The translations under genes were made by a program, and so were the position numbers. This document shows, in pieces, positions 23,621 to 32,000 of a DNA stretch of 32,000 nt. Each line of letters begins with the position of its first letter. The first letter of the stretch is position 1. The notes under the pieces were generated by a model, which did no database searches, was not told the origin of the DNA, and saw nothing but the letters and a program-made list of their open reading frames with translations. Source of the DNA: Pyrodictium occultum. GTDB lineage: Archaea; Thermoproteota; Thermoprotei_A; Sulfolobales; Pyrodictiaceae. The stretch is from assembly GCF_001462395.1 (NCBI RefSeq), contig NZ_LNTB01000001.1:330001-362000 (forward strand), read 5' to 3'.

Positions 23621-25008
23621 CCCCGGGCCGCCTCCTCCGCCCTCTCCACAAGCCTCCTCCACGAGCCGCTGAGCCTCCCGGCCAGCTCCTCCAGCTCGCC
23701 CGCGTCGCGGGCCAGCCTCTCCCTAGCCCCCGCCAGGTCGGCCGGGCCGCGGCAACCGGTGCGCCTCATCCCGACAAGCTCCATGGGGTCCTCGACCCCC
23801 AGCTCTCTCAGCAGCTCGCGGCCCCTGCCCTCGCGTATGGCCTTGGCGGCCTCCTTGTAGGCCTCGCGGAGCGGCAGCCCCCGGCGGAGGGCGAGGAGCT
23901 CGGCCAGCTCAGCGCCCCAGGCCATGTAGGCCTCGGAGAGCCGGCGGAGCCTCTCCGTATCGAATTCTAGGCCGGAGAAGAGGTCGGCCAGCACCCTCGC
24001 AGCCTCGGAGGCGTCTCGGAGAAGGCTGTAGAGGAGCGGGTTCGCCTCCTGGAGGTCGAGGTTGTAGCCGTAGGGGAGCCCCTTCTGCACAGCGAGGAGC
24101 CCCGCCGCGAGCCCCGCTGCACGCGCCGCCCGGGCCCGGAGGACCTCCAGGGTGGCGGGGTTCCTCTTATGAGGCATTATGCTGCTCGTCGCCACGTGGC
24201 CCTCGGGGAGCCGGGCGGCCGCCACGTAGGGGCTTGAGAGGAGTATCAGGTCCCCCGCTATCCTCGAGGCCTCAACCAGGAAGGCCGCGGCCGCCAGCCC
24301 GGCGGCCGACACGTCTAGCCTGCCCCCGGCCGCGTAGAGACTGCTCCCCAGCACGCCCCCGAAGCCCAGGAGGCCCGCCAGCTCGGAGGGGTCGAGCCCG
24401 GCGAGGCTGCCGGCCCCCGCGCTCGCCCCCAGGGGGCTCCGGTCCACGAGGGGCAGGACGCCGGCCAGCAGCCGGTAGGAGGAGGCGAGGGCCTCCTCCC
24501 AAGCCTCGAGGAGGCAGTCCAGGGTTGCCAGCTGGCTAGGCTGCTGGTGGGTGTGGAAGAGCACGGGCACGCCACGGTACTTCTCGGCGAGCTGGAGGAG
24601 CCTGGACCGGGCCTCCAGGATCCACCGGAGCGTCTCGGCGACGCGCTCGAGGGTGTAGAGGCGGAGAGCCGCCGATACGTGGTCGTTCCGGCTCCTCCCT
24701 ATCCATATGTAGGCTGAGGCGCCCCCGGTCCTCGCCGCAAGCCAGTCCTCGAGGGCCTCGAACACGTCCTCGTAGCCGGGCCGGAGGAGCTCGCCGGGAT
24801 CCTTGGCGAGCGCCTCTAGGAGGGCGGCGAGACTGCGGCACGCCGCCTCCCGGGGTATAATCCCGCGCTCCGCCAGGTGGAGGGTGTGGGCGAGGAGGAC
24901 CCGGACAACATACCTATAGATCTCATGGTCGTGGCCGAGGCTGGTGGTGTACTCGTAAACCAGGCCCGAGCCCTCGCCGATGCCGGCCTCCTCCCGATAC
25001 CTCGGCAA
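23611..25008 (-). CDS. argH: Argininosuccinate lyase
   Basis: GRSRNDHVSAALRLY and the fumarate-lyase signature SSIMPHKRNP. TTG start with a GGAGGATGGTG Shine-Dalgarno-like stretch upstream. Confidence 0.93.
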   Translation of the reverse strand: MPRYREEAGIGEGSGLVYEYTTSLGHDHEIYRYVVRVLLAHTLHLAERGIIPREAACRSLAALLEALAKDPGELLRPGYEDVFEALEDWLAARTGGASAYIWIGRSRNDHVSAALRLYTLERVAETLRWILEARSRLLQLAEKYRGVPVLFHTHQQPSQLATLDCLLEAWEEALASSYRLLAGVLPLVDRSPLGASAGAGSLAGLDPSELAGLLGFGGVLGSSLYAAGGRLDVSAAGLAAAAFLVEASRIAGDLILLSSPYVAAARLPEGHVATSSIMPHKRNPATLEVLRARAARAAGLAAGLLAVQKGLPYGYNLDLQEANPLLYSLLRDASEAARVLADLFSGLEFDTERLRRLSEAYMAWGAELAELLALRRGLPLREAYKEAAKAIREGRGRELLRELGVEDPMELVGMRRTGCRGPADLAGARERLARDAGELEELAGRLSGSWRRLVERAEEAARGCR

Positions 25009-25092
25009 TAACCCACCATCCTCCGCCCGCTGCTACCCCCTTATCAACGCAGCGCCCCCAGGGGGTTCGGGAGGCCTGGACTCCGGGAGCCC

Positions 25093-26283
25093 TCAGCCGC
25101 GGAGCCCCCGAGCCTTGGCGGCCGCTAGGCTGTGGAGGCTCCAGATGGTTATGAAGCCCCGGGCCTCCTCATCGCTCGGGTACCAGCCCTTGTTGTAGTC
25201 TATGACCTCGCGGCTGTAGCTGCTGTAGGGGCTCCAGCGGCCGACGACCTGGAGGCTACCCTTATACACCTTCATCTTGACTACTCCGGACACCCAGCGG
25301 TTGAGCTCATCCACAGCCTTCTCTATCACTAGCCTGAGGGGTTCGATCCAGAGGCCCTGGTAGACCAGGTCGCTCCACTCCTGGTCCAGGAGCCTCTTGA
25401 ACCTCAGCTCCCTAGGGGTATAGACGGCCTTCTCCAGGTCGCGGTGGGCCTCTATGAGCGTGAGGGCGGCGGGGGCCTCGTAGACCTCGCGGCTCTTAAG
25501 CCCGACCACCCTGTTCTCTATATGGTCTATCCTACCGTAGCCATGCGCCCCCACGAGCTTGTTCAGCATAGAGACTATCTTGGCCAGGCTCATCCTCTCC
25601 CCGTTGACCGAGACCGGCACGCCCTTCTCGAAGCCTATCTCGAGGTAGAGGGGCTGGTTGGGCGCCTTCTCCGGCGCCACGGTCCAGGCGAAGGCGTCCT
25701 CTGGGGGCTCGGCGAGAGGGTCGTCGATGGGGCCCCCCTCTATGCTCCTGCTCCACAGGTTCTCGTCGATGCTGTAGGTCTTGTGGAGCCCTGGAGGCTC
25801 GAAGCCGTTCCTCCTCAGTATCTCGACTGCCTTCTCGCGTGTGAGCTTAAGCTCGCGGACCGGGGCTATGATCTTGAAGTCGTCGCCCAGGTGGTAGCGG
25901 AGTACTGTGTCGAAGCGGACCTGGTCGTTGCCCTTGGCCGTGCAGCCGTGGGCTACGGCGTCGGCGCCCTCCCTCTTGGCTATCTCGGCCACCTTCTCGG
26001 CTATCAGTGGCCTGGCCAGCGCGGTTCCGAGGGGGTAGCGGTCCTCGTAGAGCCCGTTAGCCTTTATTGCCATGGATATGTAGTTGTTTGCGAACTCCTC
26101 CACGGCATCTATAGTGTAGTGCTTGTAGGCGCCGAGCTTATAGGCCTTCTCCTCAACCCCCCGCAGCTCCTCCTCTTGGCCAACCGAGACTGTGACCGTG
26201 ATTACCTCGTGGCCCTGCTCCCGGAGAAGCGCGAGTATAGCCGAGGTGTCGAGGCCGCCGGAGTAGGCTAGCACAACCCTCAA
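25093..26283 (-). CDS. argG: Argininosuccinate synthase
   Basis: VVLAYSGGLDTS (PP-loop), AHGCTAKGNDQVRF, IDENLWSRSIEGG. Confidence 0.97.
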   Translation of the reverse strand: MRVVLAYSGGLDTSAILALLREQGHEVITVTVSVGQEEELRGVEEKAYKLGAYKHYTIDAVEEFANNYISMAIKANGLYEDRYPLGTALARPLIAEKVAEIAKREGADAVAHGCTAKGNDQVRFDTVLRYHLGDDFKIIAPVRELKLTREKAVEILRRNGFEPPGLHKTYSIDENLWSRSIEGGPIDDPLAEPPEDAFAWTVAPEKAPNQPLYLEIGFEKGVPVSVNGERMSLAKIVSMLNKLVGAHGYGRIDHIENRVVGLKSREVYEAPAALTLIEAHRDLEKAVYTPRELRFKRLLDQEWSDLVYQGLWIEPLRLVIEKAVDELNRWVSGVVKMKVYKGSLQVVGRWSPYSSYSREVIDYNKGWYPSDEEARGFITIWSLHSLAAAKARGLRG

Positions 26284-26317
26284 GCTCCTGCCCCCCGGGC
26301 TCCTGGGCCGATACTGT

Positions 26318-26325
26318 CTATTAAA
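26318..26325 (-). promoter_or_regulatory. TATA-like box (TTTAATAG on the minus strand) for the argG operon
   Basis: An AT-rich octamer whose downstream edge is 34 nt upstream of the argG ATG (26283), consistent with a short-leader archaeal promoter. Confidence 0.4.
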
Positions 26326-26328
26326 CTA

Positions 26329-26348
26329 CGTGCACTAGCCGGTGCACG
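26329..26348. promoter_or_regulatory. Inverted repeat CGTGCAC-N6-GTGCACG between divergent promoters
   Basis: Read directly. It lies between the argG TATA-like box and the GGATAAAG box (26353-26360) that precedes the ACT-domain regulator gene. Confidence 0.3.
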
Positions 26349-26390
26349 CTAGGGATAAAGCTCCTCGGAACCCGTTACACAGGACACTGC

Positions 26391-27119
26391 GTGTTGCAGG
26401 AGGGGCTGGAGGGGTTGGCGGCCCCGAGCTTCTCCGAGATAGTCCGCAGGTTGGTGGACGCCGATCCCTGCATCCAGGAGTGCCTGGCCCGCGGTATAGC
26501 CAACTACTCCGAGCTGGCCCGCCGTATCAAGCCGGTGGCGGAGAGAGAGGTCGGGCGGAGCGCCAGCCTTGAGGCCATAAAGGCGGCGCTGGTCCGCTAC
26601 GCCTCGAGGCTCCGGGGCCAGGGGACGAGGACCCCGCAGAGGAAGCTGCTGGAGATCCTGGCGAGGAGCGCGCTGGAGCTCCGCACTGGGGTGACCGTGG
26701 CTACTGCGAAGATCCACGCCCTGCCCAGGCTTGCGGAGGCTGTCGCCGAGCTTGCGGGGCGTAGCAGGCTGCTCTTCCTCATGCAGAGCCTCTCCAGCGT
26801 AACGGTCACGGTTAGCAGCGAGTACTTCGGCCGCATAGAGGAGAAGGTGGGCCGGGAGAACTTCATAGAGGTTTACCCGGACCAGGCGGTGCTAGTGATA
26901 GTTAGCCCGCAGGAGGTGGTTGAGACGCCGGGCTTCGTGGCGCATATAACCAATATTCTTGCGAGGAACGGGATAAACATATACCAGGTGGAGTCCGTCT
27001 ACACGGACACCATACTCGTCCTAGGCCTAGACGACGCGTTGAAGGCCTTCCAGCTCCTCCGCGAGGCGATTGAGGTTGCGAAGAGGAGCCTAGAGGAGGC
27101 CGGGGGAGGCCGCGGCTAG
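26391..27119 (+). CDS. Predicted amino-acid-metabolism regulator: N-terminal HTH-like region plus C-terminal ACT domain
   Basis: The C-terminus (VLVIVSPQEVVETPGFVAHITNILARNGINIYQVESVYTDTILVLGLDD) has a typical ACT fold pattern. The N-terminus (FSEIVRRLVDADPCIQECLARGIANYSELARRI) is HTH-like. It resembles the archaeal family listed, as I recall, as predicted regulator of amino acid metabolism with ACT domain. Confidence 0.65.
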   Translation: MLQEGLEGLAAPSFSEIVRRLVDADPCIQECLARGIANYSELARRIKPVAEREVGRSASLEAIKAALVRYASRLRGQGTRTPQRKLLEILARSALELRTGVTVATAKIHALPRLAEAVAELAGRSRLLFLMQSLSSVTVTVSSEYFGRIEEKVGRENFIEVYPDQAVLVIVSPQEVVETPGFVAHITNILARNGINIYQVESVYTDTILVLGLDDALKAFQLLREAIEVAKRSLEEAGGGRG

Positions 27120-28186
27120 AAAACCTGCTCCACCAGCTTGTAGTAGAGCTCCGCTATCAGCACCCCGGTGCCGGCCGCACCCCGGAGGGTATTGTGGCCC
27201 AGCACCAGGTAGCGGAGCAGGGGCTCGCCCTCCAGGGGCAGCGAGGCCCTCCCCACAACCACGCTCATCCCACGGCCCGTCCTCCTATCCAGCCTCGGCT
27301 GGGGCCTATCGGGCTCGCGGCGCACCACTATAGGCCTCTCCGGCGCTGTGGGGAGCCCCAGCTCCTGGGGCAGGCTCCTCCACCCCTCCCAGGCCTCAAC
27401 CACCTCCTCGACGCCGCCGGGCGCCTTGGAGAGCCTCGCCACCACGCTCTCCAGGTGGCCGTCGAGCACCGGCACCCTGGTGGCGGTGGCCACCACGCGG
27501 AAGCCTGCGGGCCTGACCTCGCCGGCCTCAAGCCTCCCGAGGATCTTCCTGCTCTCCCTCACAACCTTCTCCTCCTCGCCCTTTATGAAGGGGATTATGT
27601 TATCCACTATAGCGTAGCCGGGGACTCCGGCGAAGCCGGCGCCGCTTATCGCCTGCATGCTGGTCATGTAGACCTCCTCTAGGCCATAACGGTCCAGGAG
27701 AGGCTTGAGGCTGAGCGTCAGCACCGCCGTGGTGCAGTTGGGCACCTTGAGTATCGCCCCGCTCCAGCCGCGGCGCTGGCGCTGCACCTTGACCAGCTGT
27801 ATGTGCTCCCAGTTGGCCTCGGGGTTCAGCAGGGGCACGTCCGGCTCCATGCGGTAGACGCTGGCGTTGGACACCACTATCTTGCCCATCCGGGCCAGCT
27901 CGGGCTCTATCCCGGCTGCAACCTCCTTGGGGAGAGCCACAAACACCACGTCGGCGTCGCGCACAGCCTCCGGCCTGGTGGGCCTCAGCTCCAGCTCAGC
28001 GGCCTCATCGGGGAACGGCTCGTCTATATACCACTCCACTGCCTCGCCGTAGCGCTTGCCCACCCTCCTCTCGCTGGCGGTGACCGCCTCGAGGCTGAAC
28101 CAGGGGTGGCGGGCTAGAAGGCTCACGAACCTCTGCCCGACGAGCCCGGTTGCGCCGAGGACTGCCGCCCTTAGTCGATCCGCCAC
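27116..28186 (-). CDS. asd: Aspartate-semialdehyde dehydrogenase
   Basis: [14 protein letters not shown] (NADP-binding), active-site Cys in [19 protein letters not shown]. Confidence 0.9.
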   Translation of the reverse strand: MADRLRAAVLGATGLVGQRFVSLLARHPWFSLEAVTASERRVGKRYGEAVEWYIDEPFPDEAAELELRPTRPEAVRDADVVFVALPKEVAAGIEPELARMGKIVVSNASVYRMEPDVPLLNPEANWEHIQLVKVQRQRRGWSGAILKVPNCTTAVLTLSLKPLLDRYGLEEVYMTSMQAISGAGFAGVPGYAIVDNIIPFIKGEEEKVVRESRKILGRLEAGEVRPAGFRVVATATRVPVLDGHLESVVARLSKAPGGVEEVVEAWEGWRSLPQELGLPTAPERPIVVRREPDRPQPRLDRRTGRGMSVVVGRASLPLEGEPLLRYLVLGHNTLRGAAGTGVLIAELYYKLVEQVF

Positions 28187-29547
28187 TGGGAGACCACCTC
28201 CTCGTGGAGCTTCTCGGCTATAGCCCAGGACTCGTCGGGCTCAACAAATGTTACGAGTATCGGGCTGCCAGGGGCCCAGAGGATGCTCTTCACCCCGCCG
28301 AGGCCCGCGGCCTTCTCCACCACGTTGCCCGAGACGTCGGGCTCGCGGAGCCCGTCGCCCACCACGCTGACGGCTGAGGCGTCCTCCACCTCCACCTCGG
28401 ATACTATGTGGCCCAGCTCCTCGGAGAGGGCCTTGGCAAGCTTCTCGGCGCTGTCGCGGCGAACGGCGAGGCTTACCCTCGTCTCGGTTATAGGCTGCAT
28501 TATGGCGAGTATGTTTATTCCCAGCCTGGCCGCGACTCCCGTGATCTTGGCGGCTGTGCCTATCCTCCCCACGAGGCCGCCGCCTACCACTGTTACGAGG
28601 GAGATACCCTCACTCACCACCACGGCCTTCAGGGGCGGCGGCCCGCCCTTGCTGTCCACCAGGGTGGACTGGCTGGAGCCGGGCATAGTTATCCTGACCC
28701 TGGTGCTGGTGCCCATGACCGGCTCGAAGGTCTTGGGATGCATCCTCTTAGCCCCCAGGAGGGCCAGCTCCATGGCCTCTGCGAAGCTGAGCCTCTCAAT
28801 CACCCTCGCGTTCTTCAGCCTCCCGGGGTCGGCCGTCATGACGCCGGGTACGTCGGTGTAGAGCACCACCTCGTCGGCTCCGAGGAACCGGGCGAGCAGC
28901 GTGGCGGTGTAGTCGCTCCCGCCCCTTCCCAGGAGGACTATACGGCCCTCCCGGGTGCCGGCCACGAAGCCGGTGACCACGGGGACTACGCCGCGCTCGA
29001 TGACCGGGAGGAGCTTAGACCTCACCATGGGCTCGGAGGCCTCGTAGTCGACTACCGCCTCCCAGGGGTCACCCTCCGCTATTATCCCGGCCTCGCGGCC
29101 GCCGAGCCAGACGGCCTCAACCCCGTTGCTGCGGAGCGCCGCCGCCATGAGGGCGGCGGAGAGCCGCTCGCCGAACGAGACTATAGCTGCCCGGGCGTTG
29201 CCGGTGGCCTCCCCTATAACCTTCACCGCCCAGACGAGCTTGAACAGCTCATCGAACAGCCTGCTCAGCTCCCCCAGCACGCTGGTAAGCTCCCTCTCGC
29301 TGCTCACCGCGCCCCTGGCGGCGGAGTAGTAGCGCTCCATTATCCTCCTGAGCCTGGGCTCCCAGCCGCTGGGGCTCTCGAGGATCTCTATCAGCTCGTC
29401 GGTGACACCCTTCATAGCCGAGACTACCACTACCACCTGGTAGCCCTCCTGCCGGAGCCTAGCCACCTCCTGCGCTGCAGTGATGTAGCCGGAGGCGTCG
29501 CGGAGCAGCGAGCCCCCGAACTTGGCGACCAGCAGGCCTCTAGCCAT
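28171..29547 (-). CDS. Aspartate kinase with C-terminal ACT domains
   Basis: [33 protein letters not shown], and two ACT-like repeats at the C-terminus. It overlaps asd by 16 nt and starts 1 nt after the hom stop. Confidence 0.9.
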   Translation of the reverse strand: MARGLLVAKFGGSLLRDASGYITAAQEVARLRQEGYQVVVVVSAMKGVTDELIEILESPSGWEPRLRRIMERYYSAARGAVSSERELTSVLGELSRLFDELFKLVWAVKVIGEATGNARAAIVSFGERLSAALMAAALRSNGVEAVWLGGREAGIIAEGDPWEAVVDYEASEPMVRSKLLPVIERGVVPVVTGFVAGTREGRIVLLGRGGSDYTATLLARFLGADEVVLYTDVPGVMTADPGRLKNARVIERLSFAEAMELALLGAKRMHPKTFEPVMGTSTRVRITMPGSSQSTLVDSKGGPPPLKAVVVSEGISLVTVVGGGLVGRIGTAAKITGVAARLGINILAIMQPITETRVSLAVRRDSAEKLAKALSEELGHIVSEVEVEDASAVSVVGDGLREPDVSGNVVEKAAGLGGVKSILWAPGSPILVTFVEPDESWAIAEKLHEEVVSQWRID

Positions 29548-29548
29548 A

Positions 29549-30577
29549 CTACACCACCCCCAGCGCGTAGGCCGCCGAGACTAGGTCGCTCAGCATGGCG
29601 GAGGCCGTCGCCGAGGGGCCCGCGCCGGGCCCCACCAGGGTTATCGGCTCAGCCTCCGCGGTCTCTATGAGCGCCGCGTTGTAGACCCCCTCGACCCTGT
29701 AGAGCGGGTTCTCGGGCCCAACCTCCACCAGCTCCACCACCGCCCTCCCCGCGCCCGGCTCGACGAGCGCCACGTACTTGAGCCTCTTCCCCCGGGCCGC
29801 CGCCTCCGCCGCCCGGCGGAAGGCCTCCTCGTCCACGCGGTTCAGCCGCTCCACCTCGAACACTGTCTTCGGGGTCCCCAGGGTGCAGGAGACTATAGCC
29901 GCCTTGGCCGCGAGGTCGTGGCCCTCGAGGTCCGCGCTGGGATCCGGCTCGGCGTAGCCCCTGGCCTGGGCCTCCCTCACCGCCTCCTCGAAGCTCATGC
30001 CCTTCTCGGCGAGGCCTAGCACGTAGTTGGTGGTGCCGTTGAGCACGCCCTGGAGTCTCTTCACCCGTCTGCCCGCAAGCCCCCAGCGCAGCACATCGAT
30101 GAGAGGGGTGCCCGCCATGACGGTGGCCTTGTAGAAGACCCGGCGGCTCCAGGAGCCCCGGAGGAGCCTGCTGCAGCTAGTAGCGAGCGGAGCCTTGTCA
30201 GCCGCCACCACCGCGCCGCCCGAGGAGAGGACGCGCTCATACCAGGAGAGGGCCTCGCCCGGCGAGTCGTAGCGGCTTGGAGTAGCGTCGACGAGCACGT
30301 CGATATCAAAGCGCTCGAGGGCCTCGGCCACGCTCCCCTCGAAGCCGCCCTCCAGCCTGGAGAGGCCGCCGCGTGGCGCACGGAGGGCGGCCTCCACCCT
30401 ACCCCAGTCGAGGCCCAGGCTGGAGCCGAGGAAGCCCCTGCTGTCAGCTATGAAGACGAGCCGCGGCTCGAGCCCGTAGCGCTCAGCGAGAAGCCCTTGT
30501 CTCTCGGCGAGCATGCGCGTAAACGCCCTACCAACATTGCCGAAGCCCGCCAGCCCGATGCGCAGTGTATGCGCCAC
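29549..30577 (-). CDS. hom: Homoserine dehydrogenase
   Basis: IGLAGFGNVGRAF (NAD(P)-binding), LNGTTNYVL, EADPSADLEGHDLAAKAAI. Confidence 0.9.
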   Translation of the reverse strand: MAHTLRIGLAGFGNVGRAFTRMLAERQGLLAERYGLEPRLVFIADSRGFLGSSLGLDWGRVEAALRAPRGGLSRLEGGFEGSVAEALERFDIDVLVDATPSRYDSPGEALSWYERVLSSGGAVVAADKAPLATSCSRLLRGSWSRRVFYKATVMAGTPLIDVLRWGLAGRRVKRLQGVLNGTTNYVLGLAEKGMSFEEAVREAQARGYAEPDPSADLEGHDLAAKAAIVSCTLGTPKTVFEVERLNRVDEEAFRRAAEAAARGKRLKYVALVEPGAGRAVVELVEVGPENPLYRVEGVYNAALIETAEAEPITLVGPGAGPSATASAMLSDLVSAAYALGVV

Positions 30578-30616
30578 TGGAGGCCCACCCTTGTGGGCCC
30601 GAGGCCGCCGGGGCTC

Positions 30617-31348
30617 TTAAGAGCCCCCCGGCTCCGGGGTCTCGACGCTGGCCTCAGCCTCCCTCTCCGCGCGCCTCCTCGCCCGCTCTATGAGACCCTG
30701 AAGGATGCTGAGGAACCGGAGCGGGTCTATCGAGACCACGCCTAGCATCTCGGCGAACCTCCTGACACCCTCATCGTTGGTCACCAGCACACCCTGGGTC
30801 TCAAGGGCCAGCAGCACAGCGTCCAGGTCCTCTATGCTGTCCAGCACGCCGTGCCTGGTAGCCTCCCTGTAGCGCTCCCGGAGCCCCCGTATCAGGGCGC
30901 CCAGCTTCTCCCTCCGGGCCTCCCTGCTGGCCACGCCGCTCGGGTACATGCTACCGGCCTCGAAGGCGCGGCGGACATGCTCCTCCGCCACCCGCAGGCC
31001 CCTCGTCACCCTGTTGCGCATCTCCTCTACGTAGGCCCTGAGCACCGTCGCTGGGAGGCTTATCTCGTGCCTCGCCGGCGGCTTTATGGTTATCCAGGTC
31101 GCTAGCGCCTCGAAGCTCTGTATAGTCACCCCGTTGGCCTGGAGGAAGCGTCGGGCCTCCTCGTAGACCGTCGGGGGCATGTATATCTCCAGCCCGTAGC
31201 CGAGCCGGGCCTCGGCAAGCATCCCGGCAAGCACCCGCACCGCCTCGTCAAGGCTGCCCGCGCCCAGGATTGCACGGAGCCGGGGGTCTGTGACCGCGCT
31301 AGTGTCAAGCACGTAGACCCTGAGCCTCCTCTGCAGCTTCTCCCTCAT
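30617..31348 (-). CDS. PIN-domain protein of the UPF0278 / MJ0950 RNA-ligase-partner family, now named HARP / RNA-free RNase P homolog as I recall
   Basis: VYVLDTSAV, EIYMPPTVYEE, IKPP, RNRVTRGLRVAE, LRERYREATRHGVLDSIEDLDAVLLALE, VLVTNDEGVRRFAEMLGV. This is collinear with my memory of Pyrococcus/Methanocaldococcus members. ATG 31348 (MREKL) is preferred over the track start 31399. Confidence 0.65.
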   Translation of the reverse strand: MREKLQRRLRVYVLDTSAVTDPRLRAILGAGSLDEAVRVLAGMLAEARLGYGLEIYMPPTVYEEARRFLQANGVTIQSFEALATWITIKPPARHEISLPATVLRAYVEEMRNRVTRGLRVAEEHVRRAFEAGSMYPSGVASREARREKLGALIRGLRERYREATRHGVLDSIEDLDAVLLALETQGVLVTNDEGVRRFAEMLGVVSIDPLRFLSILQGLIERARRRAEREAEASVETPEPGGS

Positions 31349-31528
31349 CGCCTCACCACCGCTGCCGCCGCCAAGGATCCCCCGGGGAGGACACATCAAC
31401 AGCGCCCCGTAGCCCTCCCACTAGGGCGTGCAGGACAAGCCAATAACACTTGTCCCAAGAAGCGGGAGCCGACGTGTTATAGCCGCTCCCCTCCCCGACG
31501 CAGCGCCCGGAAGGCTGGAGGGGGAGCC

Positions 31529-32000
31529 TTGACAGCCTCTAGGCTCGCCGCGCTGCAGGGGGCGCTAGCCTTCACCACCCTTATAGGCCTGCTGGCCGTG
31601 GCCACCGCTCCGGCCAGGGAGCTAGTGCTACACTTCGCAGGCTACCTGGCCCTCGCCTCAGCCGTCTCCGCCGCCGCCGCCCGGATGCTGGCGAGGGGCT
31701 ACGCCGAGGCACTGGCTAGGGCCCTCGCACACGTCTCCAGGCTAGGCGTGGCGGAGCTGGGGCCCCGGGGCGCCACCGACGCTACCCTCGTGGCCCAGAG
31801 CATCGCGGGGCTGGAGCAGGTGGCGGGCCTCTGGCCCCTGGCGGCGGCAGGCGCCGGGGTGTCAGGGCTGCTAGCCTCAATACTATCATACTACATCGCC
31901 AGGAGGGGCGCCGCGGCCCTGCTGAGGCTTGCCAAGAGCCTCGGGGCGGAGCCCGCGTGCAGAAGCCCGCCGGGGCTCAGCGTGGCCGCGGTCTCCTCGA
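31529..32000 (+). CDS. Partial ORF running off the window end; hydrophobic, possible membrane protein
   Basis: My own translation from TTG 31529 in frame 2 is open to the end of the window (LTASRLAALQGALAFTTLIGLLAVATAP...GVSGLLASILSYYIARRG...). The ORF is not in the supplied track, the start is uncertain and I recognise no motif. Confidence 0.3.
   Translation, partial: MTASRLAALQGALAFTTLIGLLAVATAPARELVLHFAGYLALASAVSAAAARMLARGYAEALARALAHVSRLGVAELGPRGATDATLVAQSIAGLEQVAGLWPLAAAGAGVSGLLASILSYYIARRGAAALLRLAKSLGAEPACRSPPGLSVAAVSS

Noticed and set aside
28408-29670. 420-aa ORF on the plus strand, one of several very long ORFs antisense to clear genes. Others are 689-1657 (-), 16974-17861 (-), 7585-8262 (+), 8188-8913 (-) and 10970-11557 (-).
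   Set aside because: They lie opposite genes with unambiguous conserved motifs (aspartate kinase, GT2/MBL, acs, ABC components). Their products are Arg/Pro/Gly-rich and low in complexity, as expected from stop-codon-poor high-GC DNA.
1-32000. CRISPR arrays, rRNA genes, IS elements or transposases.
   Set aside because: I saw no regularly spaced 24-40 nt direct repeats, no rRNA-like conserved stretches, and no transposase motifs or terminal inverted repeats. This was a visual scan only, so short or degenerate elements could have been missed.

Overview
Gene-dense archaeal chromosomal segment, roughly two-thirds G+C by eye. The codon style (AGG/ATA/GAG/CTC-rich), TATA-like boxes 30-45 nt upstream of start codons, frequent gene overlaps and archaeal-type genes point to a hyperthermophilic crenarchaeon (Thermoprotei, Desulfurococcales-like). 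Those genes include phosphopantothenate synthetase, a LysX/ArgX ATP-grasp ligase, a XerA-type recombinase, a NurA-like nuclease and an MJ0950/HARP PIN protein. I cannot name the species.

Most of the window is housekeeping. Left to right:
- GT2/GtrA glycosyltransferase
- MBL-fold hydrolase broken by an in-frame TAG
- wHTH regulator
- metallophosphoesterase
- O-methyltransferase
- radical-SAM plus methyltransferase pair
- phosphopantothenate synthetase
- SsuABC-like ABC importer
- MFS transporter
- the NurA-like and GNAT-ABC module described below
- XerA-like recombinase
- acetyl-CoA synthetase
- argG-argH-carA-carB-lysX/argX operon
- ACT-domain regulator
- hom-aspartate kinase-asd operon
- HARP-type PIN protein
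- a partial membrane ORF

The stand-out region is 11.45-14.88 kb. A NurA-like nuclease gene with its own TATA-like box is followed by a Zn-ribbon/GNAT/ABC-ATPase gene. There is no HerA, Mre11/Rad50 or transporter partner nearby. The gene is split into three ORFs by two opposite-sign frameshifts, each at a 5-nt homopolymer. It is convergent with a XerA-like recombinase that carries an unusual 87-aa P/Q/Y/W-rich tail.

I saw no rRNA, tRNA or CRISPR array. All functional calls come from motif recognition by eye and were not verified by database search.
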